From contig OZ241826.1 in assembly GCA_965202585.1 (NCBI GenBank), positions 71,734,001-71,798,000 on the forward strand: 64,000 nucleotides of DNA, read 5' to 3'. Both the position numbers and the translations under genes were made by a program. Source of the stretch: Thalia democratica (lineage: Eukaryota). The notes below the pieces were generated by a model, which ran no database searches, was not told where the DNA came from, and was given only the letters and a program-made list of their open reading frames with translations. Position 1 is the first letter of the stretch. Every line of letters starts with the position of its first letter. Positions 23,801 to 35,300 of this stretch are shown here, in pieces.

Positions 23801-26800
23801 TATTTCAAATAATATATGAAGACTTTTTCTAATTCATTGTATGCCTTTTCTTCACGTGTTTTATTTTGACAGCATTGTAACATAATAAATTATTGAAAAC
23901 ATTATAGTTATATTTAGAAACAATATTTTTGCTGATTTAAATCAACATCATAGTAGATGACTGTATACGTACAGTTGTTAAGGTATGATAATTTTTAACT
24001 TTGAAACACATATTAAAATTATAATCTATTTATGTGTAGTTCCTAGTTTTGAGATATTTTTTGTAATTTAAACATAAAATCGAAAAATACTGTGTTTAGA
24101 ACATGTAAGCTATAGGATAATTGTGAAGTCTGAAAAACATCTGTTACAAACTTCCTACAGATTTAATTCAACAAAAGAAAAACTCTTATCTTTCCAATGC
24201 TTCAACTCGTGTAAGCCCGAATCTGCATGTGTTAACAGAAACACAACGCGCTGAAAAGATAAGGAAAGCCCCACCTCAACCATTTTGCTTCGCGTTCTCA
24301 TCAGCTGGACTCGCATCTAACGGCCTTTTCAACATTCAACGCGGAATTGCAAGCCGACATTGACATTAAAAGCTGGTAATTTCTCACAGTTGCCGGTTGG
24401 AGCGGGAGGTCTTTGTACTGGCACACGGCTGTCTCGGGGCCCGATAAGAACTTGACGTTTTCTTGTTGTTGACAGTAGCCGCTCAAGCACTTGCATCTTT
24501 AATTTAAGAGTTCTTATCAAGCGACGTCGACTGCTGTTTGTTTAGCAGCGATTTTGTTGCGCCCGTGTGAAACTTGCTACTCGCTCGATCGTCCATTTTG
24601 TTGCTGTCTGTCAAACTTGCACAATGCATGCTGGTTAGTTTGATGTAAACCAAAGAAGCGGCTGTAAGGTTCTCATATGCTTATGAAGTGGCATTGTTTT
24701 ATTTTTTTTTGTTTTCTCACGTAAAAATAGAAAATTTGAAAACAACAATACAATTTTTAAAAAGAAATGATTTTTTTAAAGAACTTGTTATAAAAAACAA
24801 CTTTAAAACTTTGAAAGTATGTAAATCAGAAAGGTGTTTTCGTCAAAAACTAATAAATTGCAAAGTATTTAATGAGTGCAGAAGTAAATTTGATTTTTGG
24901 TTTTCATCAAGTATTTAAAGCAAAAGGTTTTATTTGTGTGATTAATTTCGAAGAAGTTGATAAAAGTATTGTTAATTTAAAATACTGTGTAGCATTGTAT
25001 TTTTTATCACATGTATTTCTAAGGCATAAAAAATATGAAACCTAGCCTATTTTATTCCTGCTATAAAACTGAATTTTAACGTATTCATTGTTAATAATTT
25101 TTTTAATTCCGTTTAATAAAAAGATTTTCTTTAGTATTAGCCTTTGTTACAAGACTATAGTAAAAATTAAATCTAACTATAATTTTAAACTTAAAATGAA
25201 TTAATTTTAGATATCTTAAATTATCTGATAATTTTGTCACTTTCTGAAAACTTTTATATACTTCTTAAAATTATAGGTTATTTACTAATTATACGGGACT
25301 ATCTAATAACTGTTAAAAATAGTTACTATACATATTTTTAATTGTACACAAACATTCATTGAAAAGAATGTGAAGTGTTACATTACACCAGTGGTCGGCA
25401 CGGTGTACACTGGTGCACACTAGTGTACATGAAATTTCTTTTAGGGTGCACGAGACTTTTGGGGTGCATGAAACTTATTTTGGGGTACATGAATTTTTTT
25501 TTTGCGCAGAAACTAAATTAAAGTATTTTTTTATCTTTCTACATTTAAGACATATTCAACCTTGATATCTAATTGACCATTTTGTTGTTAATAAAACGAC
25601 CAATTTTGTTCTCTCCTAGTTCTATTCTGTTACATTATGTAAAAATTCTTCCACCCTTAGCCGCCCAAAGAAAAACTAAAGTGAGCAAATCTCATAGATT
25701 CTTAAAGATTTCGTTATTTGGACGTGGCAATACCTTTGTTAAACACAGATAGTAATCGCTTAATAAAATATTATTAAGTTAACTTAACTAAATATTTAAA
25801 CTTACCATTCAATAAAAAGTACCAAGACTACTGATTGCTAATTTGGGTAGTGGCAATGTATTTAATTAATTTAGTTAGTATTTTAGACCTGTTTGATACA
25901 AGTAAAATATTGTTGTAAAAATTAGATCATCGATATTAAAAATTTATTGAAATGGATAGGGTAAACTGGTAAATTTAAAGTAAGCGTATAAAATTAACTG
26001 GGTGTTACCTAATTATAAGTGAAAAATACGATTAAAAGTGTTTCCATATTCTTAAACACTAGCGGCGCTAAAGAATACAAATTGGGGTGCACAGTATTTT
26101 AATTTTATGGTTTAGGGTTCACGGATTTGAAGTGGCGTACCGACCACTGCATTACACTACTGATAAATTATATATTGTAGTTTACTGTTACTACGATAAC
26201 TTTCAACAAAGTGTATTGACTGTGTTTAATAAAAAAAAACATTCAAAAACACTTAGATAGATAATTTTTATTTTTTAAATAGTTTATAAAGAGTGAAGTT
26301 TTATTTTGTAAACCAAAATATATAAATATCTTGAATTTAAAATTATTACAAATAATCATTTAAAAGAATATACAAACTCAACTTTTTTGTCATATTCCAA
26401 ATGACTATAGATCTAAAGACTTATAAACTTTTTCAAAGCCACCTAATCTACCCACTCACATGTACAAGTATCGTATAAACAGAACAGTTGGATTTGTAAC
26501 CAAAGCGCTTTGATATCGACTGGAAGCCATGTGTGCGCACTTCACATTTGTTTGACGCGGCTTTGCAAATGTTTAATTAGTGTCCAGTTTCGTTCTCTCA
26601 GTTCCTTAATTAATAAATTTTGCCATATTTCATTGCTTGGCATTTGTTTTGATGCGAAGAGGTATTTTTACGTGGGTTCATTGGTAAAACGTGATTTACT
26701 GGACAAAAACTTTACAAAAAAGACTTAAAAGCGAAACTGGAAACAAGTACAAACAAAAAGCAATAAATATTTTGAATCTTTTTTAAATTTAAAGCTTTAC

Positions 26801-29374
26801 TATTTTAGTTTTAACTCACTTTTGTTATAAAATATTACGGTTTAAGAACAATAAACATTTTGGTTTTAAAAACGTATAAAATGTTTAAACTTGCTGTTCT
26901 AAGAACTTTAATTTTTTTCAACAGTTTTGAGTTTGAAACAACTTCCTCTTTTTTATTACGCTAAAAAGTATATAAAAATGTTAAACATGTTCAGTAAAAC
27001 ACAAGTAAATTCAAAGTTAGTCGAACTATCTATGAGCTACTAGTTTTTTTTTTTAATGATACCTTTTTACGAACTGTAAAACAAAATGATTGTGCAAAAG
27101 TTACTCGATCCTAAAATTAAGGTTTATACATTAAAACGACAACTTAGCTTTTCTTTAATTTATGCAAATTTATGTTTCAAAAGCCATTACTTACATCTTT
27201 AACCAGGTAAAGCTTAAAGTAAATTTAAAGTTTGTAAGCTTTCAATAAAAAACATTTTCAAATATTTATAGCAATGGGTACAGTGCCGCCCCAAGTAGCC
27301 AAAAACAGAGAGGAGAACAAACGGACACGGACGGCCTACTCGCGAGGACAGCTGCTGGAACTGGAAAAAGAGTTCCACTTCAACCGGTACATATCAAGAC
27401 CACGAAGAATCGAACTGGCAGCCGGTCTCAACCTAACCGAACGCCACATTAAAATATGGTTCCAAAACAGGTTGGAAGCCTTGTTTGAATTAGACCAGTA
27501 AAAATATTTGTGGCATTTTTTTTACCTTCTCTAAAAATTTTCCTATTTCGTTAATTCTAGTACTCTAATAAAACTTAGTCTAACAATTAACTGAACCGCT
27601 TTATACATCGTAAATAAAAGCATATAACAAAACTAAATAGAAAGTTTTGAGATTAATTTAAGAATACAAGGTAGCTTGTAAGTAGTATATGATCTAATAA
27701 CTGGCATTTAGAATTTGTTATTCATACAACCTTGTGATTTTTTAAACACTATTGCGTTTGGACTCATTTTTTAATTATAAAGTTATTTAAATCTTAATAA
27801 AACGGATACATAAAAATACATACCTCCAAAAAACTACAAAACTTATAGAAAACAAAAAATATTTAACATGTATAATGTCAGGTGTTAATTTAAACTTGAA
27901 GTTTTCAACTTTACTCAACTAAAAATACAAAAAAAAATTCCAGTTGCATTTTGATGAAATTCATTAAAAAATAAATTACAGACAGCATTTTTTATGACAT
28001 TAATTAGTTTAATTTTAACAATTATTGTAACTACGGATACAATTAATCAAAACAACGTATAATTACAATTAATCAAAAATAACGTAATACGTTTATTTAA
28101 TTAAAACATTATCAGTATTACTTACGTTTTGTATTTATGAAATTTTGTTTTTTTAAAGCTGTTTGACTTACTTGATAATTTTTTTCTAATTGATTAAACT
28201 TTTGAAAGTACTGTTTACAAAATCAGCTTTATTTGTAGATTAACGAAAATAGCCGTTGAATAAACTGAAATTACAGCGCATTTCAAATAGAATCCCAATT
28301 AGCAATCTTTGTCTTTCTCTTTTTATCAACATTCAGCTGATAACTTATCAACTTGTTCATTATTCTCACGTTCTTATATTTGCCGTCAAACAAGGCAAAA
28401 TACACTTGTGCAAGCCTAAAGTGGACTTTAATTGTTTAAACAGCCAGCGTTTAGCAATTAGCAGATTTCATTTATTATGCAAAATCGTTTTTCCAATGTT
28501 TTCAAAATCCGATCAATCTCAACTGTTTGTAAAGTATTTTCATCGGATTAGTAACGATTATTAAGTAAATATGCAGCGAAAGTGAAACAAGATTAGCTAA
28601 TCTGTACAAATATTAGTAAAGCTATTAATCAATTAAGACAAACGATACTTCTTGCTACTATTTTTTAAGCTTTTACAATCAATGCTTATTTATCTTCTAA
28701 ATTCAAATCACTATTTATTTTACATTTCAACTAAATCTTGGATGTGTATGTTAAAAACCAAAACGAAATATGTTAACAGAAATGCTGAAAACAATTTTAA
28801 AATAGCAATACAAATAAACAACACTCATAATTTTTCTTGCACAAATTAATATTTACTGTCAGATTAACAGTGTTTAATGCTCACAAAGTTAAATAATTTG
28901 AATATTCGTACAGTAATTTCAGTTTTTTTATGATTTCAAATCTAAAATAATTGTTTATGATGGCTGTACAGTACAATAATAGATAAACTATGTTAAAGTG
29001 AACTTTATAATAAAAATAAGCATTTTTCTTATGTAAGAAAAATAGAAGTAACACTTTAACCTAAAATACTTTTAAATTAATTACTTGTTTAATTTCTGTA
29101 TAAGTTACTATGACCATTTATATTGAGAAACTTTATATTTATAAAGTTTTTTTGTAAATATGTTTCATTTTCGTATGGACTTTAAGTAATACCCTGATAA
29201 ATGCATTTACCAAATTTCAGGAGGATGAAGTGGAAAAGAGACGCAAATTGTTCATCAGTACCGCAAAATTTGAATGATAAAACACACTACAGTAGTGAAG
29301 AAACAAATTCAAATACTAACACCGACCAAAACACTTCCACAATGACTTTTTCAAACAACGAGTACAGCTTATAG
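20813..29374 (+). CDS. Xlox: ParaHox homeobox protein Xlox/Pdx (IPF1); exons 20813-21251, 27272-27470, 29221-29374; 263 aa
   Basis: Hexapeptide FPWMK followed by a Pdx-type linker (HHYEWKLQW). Homeodomain [60 protein letters not shown] has the Pdx-diagnostic His44. Splice phases 1 and 2 are consistent. Confidence 0.95.
24181..24720. promoter_or_regulatory. GC-richer non-coding island in Xlox intron 1; candidate endodermal enhancer
   Basis: Four GATA cores (24185, 24258, 24443, 24513) and a Fox-type TGTTTGTTTA (24535). No splice-compatible coding frame was found. Confidence 0.35.
25389..26149. mobile_element. hAT-type MITE (761 bp) in Xlox intron 1
   Basis: TIRs CAGTGGTCGGCAC and GTACCGACCACTG. 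Perfect 8-bp TSD CATTACAC at 25381-25388 and 26150-26157. Subterminal GGGGTGCA repeats. Confidence 0.9.
28230..28600. promoter_or_regulatory. Non-coding island in Xlox intron 2; candidate enhancer
   Basis: Palindromic double GATA TGATAACTTATCA (28338-28350), Onecut-like ATCAAT (28512) and Otx/K50-type GGATTA (28545). Confidence 0.25.
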
Positions 29375-32325
29375 CGCTTATACATTTTTCTAATTTAGTT
29401 ATTGTTTTTACACTTTTCAAATAAGTTTGTTTCTTAAATTTAACTTTACAAGCAATTTATTATGCATTAACTGTTCCTAATTTTTGCATTTACGTAGCAG
29501 AACTTTTGGACAACTGATTTACAACGCTTTCGGAAATAAGGCACGTAAGGTAAACACAAAAAAAGTTGCTTCTCAAACAAAGTTTCAGTAGCAGAATAAA
29601 TTTACGTGTTGAATTAGCTAATTAAACCATATCTGTCTGGTTATCCCACGACTTAAAAATTATTTTTTAAGTGGTTTTTCATGTGAATTTGATTAGTACT
29701 TTTTTTCACAAAATAGTTAAAGCCGCTATACTTATAAGTTTAAGTTGATAAAGAGAAACAAGTATTCTAATTTTTTTATGCAACCATACAATTTTTCATT
29801 GTTGGTGTAAAATATTAGACACACTGCTGTTATAACAAAAAGTTTCCTTGACATTGATTTACTTTAGAACTAAAAAAGTAAAAGTACGTTTGCGTTTTGT
29901 TATAATTTATATTTTTATAAAATTAAAATTAACTAGTTTATACTTAATAAGCCTTATCAGTCTTCTATAGTTTTATCAAAGTTTATGACCGTAATAGCTG
30001 TACATGTTTCAAAACTCATTTGAATGTTTTACCAAGATACAATAAAATATAACTTTTTATATTTAATAAGTTGAAAATGTATAAAGTAATTTGTTGTTAA
30101 TTTTTTTTTCCAAACAAGTAGTTTTTTTTATTGTGTTTTTATAAAACTTGTATCAAACAGTTTTTTTTAAATTAAAAGTATACTTTATAATACTATAAAT
30201 ATTTTTATTTTATTGTTTTATATTCTGACACTTTTTATATTCTAACCTAAACTTTAGATTTTAAATATTTATTGATATACATACTTGTTTAATAAATCAA
30301 TATTTTAGCAAGTTTCATTTTTTTAAAAAGGAACTTATATACATTAACTTAAATAAGGTAAAAAGTAAATAAAGATCAAATTTTTGTTTAAGGCTCTTAA
30401 AAAAAAAATAAAAATCAAAATTGTTTTCTAGTGTAATAAGTAGTTTTATCTTTAGACATTTTTTGTGCTTAACTTTGTTTGTATTATACTGTTTCACTGC
30501 AGAGCAGCTCATCAGACACAAAAAAAAGCTTTAAACAAAATACAGAGGCGATGAACTAAAATAATAATAAGTAAAAATAAAACATGTATAAGCACTAATA
30601 CTTTGCTAATAAAAAAAACATGGGTAACCTTTAATATTTGTAAAAGAGTGTTATTAATATTTTTTTTCTTGAGTTATTTTTTAAGTTGTGTAATATACAT
30701 AACCTATGATTATTGAAAAATAAATAAAATTAAAGTTAATATCTACAAAGTTAAATAATTTATTTTTTATACTAAGCTTTGAAAAAACGTAAATATTAAG
30801 GTTTGGAAAAAAGATGTAACTAGAAAAAATATATATAACACTACTTTATCTTTGCTTGAGAAATACTTTCAATATCATTTTACTTAAAAGCTATCCGAAA
30901 GGTGGCGTCAGAGAAAAAATTCTTTAAAAAAATTTGTTAAAAATTAGATAAACATTTTTTACTTTATTTTTCATCTGATATATAGTTTAAACTTGTGTTA
31001 TAAGTTCATAAAAATAGTTGCAAAATGTCTTACATCTACCTTCTGCGTTTTGGAATTTCTAATACATATATATATATATAAACATTTAAAGCTCGCATAA
31101 ATGTCCTTAAAGTCATCGTCTTTTATAAAAGTAATAGTCGCTTAACAAAAACTTTTTTAAAACTTTAACTGAATAAATATAGACAATGAATATGAGGCAA
31201 GTACTTATTAAGTTGAAATATAAACAGTATTAACTATGAAATACAGAAACGAAATTAATCAATTTAAAAATCAATATTAGAAAGACTTTGTTTCGCTAAA
31301 CATTTTTGTTTTAGTTTTTAAACAATTTTTAAGTTTACTTAATGCTTAAAAGTTAATAAGCTGCATTTTTTGTAGTAAAAATAAAAAAACTTTAAGTTTG
31401 ATAAACTTAATAATACTATAAAAGACTTAATGAAATTAGTTAAGGGTTTTAACATTATATAACAATATGAAAATCAAATTATTATCTCATCAGAATTTAT
31501 GAGTATATTTTATGTAAATCTCATGAAATGTTGCTTATCATGTCAGAAAATTGCTTATTTGTATTTTAAAATTGTATTTTAGACCGAAAAAGTACATATA
31601 AAAAACTAGTTTAACAATAGTTTTACCGAAACTAGATAATTAAAAAATTTTAACTAGTGTTATATGTTTTTAAAAGAGTATTATGTGGTTGTACAACCTT
31701 TTATTTATCAATCCTTTTTTTTCAAATGTTTTAAAATTTTATAACACTTATCACAACTGAACTATAAATATTTTTCAAAAAAAAAATTTTTTTTTAAATC
31801 TTATGTTAAAAAGGTTTAGTATTTTAATAAAAACTGTATTGCAAGCATTTATGTAAAGTTACCTTTTACTTCTTACTATCACTTAATACAACCAACAACA
31901 AACAAAATGCTATGATGCAACGAGCCTTATAGTAAACAAGCTCACTTTATAAGCTTAATCCTGATAGACAATTGCAATTTAAAGAATTTTTATATTAGTG
32001 ATTAATTAAAAATTATTGCGTCTCTTATAACTTTTTTCTAAAAACCAATTACATCAAGCACAAAAAAAAACGTTGATATGCAACTAATTTGTAATAAAAT
32101 GTTCATTAGCATGTATCAAATAATCTTATTTTTCGTATAAAACGAGGCACGACCAAAAAAATTGTGCGGCGTTCATTGTAAAGCCCGGGGCTATTTGGTT
32201 TTTTCAGTGAAATTGTGATAAAATTTCATTCATTATTCACTCGAAGAAAGCCGATTGAAAGCAAGAAAACAGTCCTGAGCCAGTTTAGCGTTTTTTTTTA
32301 TTTTCGTTGTTATGTTTAATTAGTC

Positions 32326-35300
32326 ATGGACGGTGGACAGATTGCCCTGGTGGCCATTATTGGCTGCGAGGTCGCCGCCGTGGCAGGTCTCGTCACTTAC
32401 TTGCTTATTAGGCCAAGAAGACCGAAACCCGTTGAAGGTTTGACTTTTTTTGTACTAAAACTTATTTACGAGCTACTTGAAGCTGATTTTGTTTGTTTTG
32501 AATGAAAAAGTTTGAAAAATAACTATTCTAGGTAGAAGAGATGCTTTTTAGTATAAAATAACAATCTACGTTACCTTTTTATAATTGATCGTTTGATAAT
32601 TTATTATACAGATTTTTAAGTTTTTCTTATTAAAACGGTTTTTTAATCAAGTTTTAATTTTTGAGGCGTTTGCTTTTAAACGTTTACGTAGAAATTATAA
32701 AAAAATACAAATAAATAATTTTAATAATTTCTTTAAAAATATTTTTCTTATATACTTGAATATTATTAGTCTGAACTCGTATTCAGTTTTTAGTATTTTA
32801 AAACTAAAACAGCGGCGGCTAAAAATAGCTATGACATGTTTAATTTCGAAAAATTTGCATGTAAAATGCACACACGATTATTTAAAGTTGGTCACGATGT
32901 AACGTCAGATCTTAGAATCTTAGCTGTTCAACTTATAAACTTTTAAAAACACAAACATTTCAGACAACTCTTGTTGTGAGCTTTCGTAAACAAGAGTCAC
33001 ATTAAATTTCAAAAAGTCTGTAACTGATAGCAACCACGCCCGCTACTTTTTTCGTTTATCCTAAGGCACACGCAACATTTGCGCTGTGCATTCCGATATA
33101 ATATTACATATTGACATTTCATTCTTCCCACACAAACAGGGGAGCACGAATTCGTTCAATCACTTGCCTCATTAGCTCTTACATTTGATTTTGTTGGGCT
33201 GTTAAAATATAGTTTAGGAGCTGAGTTATTCATGTTTAAAGAGTATTAGTTAATCTTTGTTTCATGCATCGATCTTTTTCTTTAAAAAAACATCTTGTAA
33301 CCACAGAAGAAATACTTAAACATTCTTTAAGGTTAAATACTTAGTTAAAATGGCAACACCACAAACTACATACTTTCTTAATCGGATTAAAGTCATTTAG
33401 TTTTAAAAAATTTGTAATTGTGTATAATTTCATGCAAAGCATCTATTTCAACATCTGGTATATCATTTTTACTTAAAATTTCAAAATTTTTAGAAAAACC
33501 AAAGCTAAGGCCAGAAGAGACAATAGCAACTGTGTATGGAAATCCAGAAAAAGATGAAGAGCCTGCTGAAGTAGTTATAACAATCGAAAAGGTATTTTAC
33601 AACAAATCGTATTAAAAGCAAAACTGTTCTTAGGTTATCATAATTTAAATCCAAAAAAAAAGAGTTTATGTTTTGTAAGTTTTGTCTTTAAAATTTCTTT
33701 TTGTAACAGCCCGACTCAGAGAAAGAAAGCGATGTAGAATCAGGTAAGTTTTAAAGTTAAATTATACTTAAAATTTACAATTCTAAAAAACTTTGTATTT
33801 TTATTTCAGTAATATCAGAACCAGACAAAAAGCCCCTGGAAGAAACTGTAATTCAAGTCGAGTCTGATGAAAAGGTAACGATTTTATGTTTTCTATTTTT
33901 TCACAATCACTGAAGTACTTTAATTTGCGACTTAACTATTAACCAATAAATTAATTCACAGGAAAGTAGCTCGTCTTCAAGCAGTTCCTCGAGCAGCTCG
34001 TCGGAAAGCGAAAAGGAAGAGGAGGAACCGGACAGATCGGTCGTCATAGAGATCGAAGCTCCCGCCGAAAAAGCTCCCTCCATGTCAAGCTCGACGAGCG
34101 TTTCCGACGTAGCGTCCCTTCCCAAAGACCCTGAGCAAGTCGTTGTGATAGCCGTGGAACCGGAGGAAAGCTCCTCATCGAGCAGCAGCTCGTCTGAGGA
34201 GGAGGAGCCGGAAGTGCCCGTGGTTGTGGTCGTCGAGGCGGAGGAAAAACCAGCGAGCTCTTCATCGTCTTCGAGCTCTTCTGAAAGCGACGAGGAACCG
34301 GAAACGGTCGTCGTCGTCGTTCAAAAGCCGGCGTCGAGCTCTTCCAGTTCTTCGAGCGAGAGCGAAGCAGAACCGGAAGTCGTTGTCGTCGCGAAAGAGT
34401 CTTCGTCATCAAGCTCGTCTTCCGAAGAGGAGGTTGAAGTAAAGACCGTTGTAGTTGAACTCGTGGAAAAACTACAAAGCTCTTCCAGTTCCTCGAGCTC
34501 TTCAGAAAGCGAAACGGAAGATGAACCGGTCGTCGTTGCAGTTGTCACTAAAGAAAGTTCTTCTTCTTCGTCAAGCTCTTCCTCCGAGGAAGAAAGCGAA
34601 ATTGAAGTGAAGACTGTTGCAGTCGAACTCGTGGAAAAACAAGAAAGTTCTTCTTCGTCATCGAGCTCTTCGGAGAGCGAAAAAGAAGATGAGCCGGTCG
34701 TCATTGCGGTTGTTGCCAAGGAAGAAAGTTCTTCTAGCTCTTCCTCGTCGGAGAGCGAAGACGAAATTGAGAAGATCGAAGTTGTTGTCGACACCATGGT
34801 CATTGCAACTTCGAGCTCCTCCTCTTCTTCCGCTTCGTCTTCTTCCTCATCTTCATCGGAAAACGAAGAAGAGCCTCCGGTCGTGGTCTCGGTGAAACCT
34901 TTAAGCTCTTCGTCGTCCAGCAGCGAAGAAGAAATTCAACCGGTAGTGGTCGCTGTTGTGCAGCAGCAAAAACCACCGTCTTCTTCATCTTCTTCTTCGT
35001 CAGAGAGCGAAAATGAAACTTCTACGCTCAACGTCGTCCTCAAAAAAGTAGTGAGAAAGAGCTCTTCGTCTTCTTCGTCGTCTGCGTCTTCCAGCGAGCC
35101 TGAAGGCGAAGTCAAAGCCAAAGTCAAGCACTTCGAGTCGAGAACGACCACCGTGTTTGCGAGAAAGGAAAAAACGAGCAAGGAAGCGGCCAATTTGGCG
35201 GCGGCGACCTTTTCCGACAAGGAAGTCGAGAACATTTTTGCGTCAGCGGAAACTCAAACGGCGCCGAAGACGAAGCCGAAGCGCCGGAAGAACAAGCAGA

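Noticed and set aside
24521-24560. Hairpin as a microRNA precursor
   Set aside because: Only about 40 nt, shorter than a typical pre-miRNA, and no recognised mature sequence.
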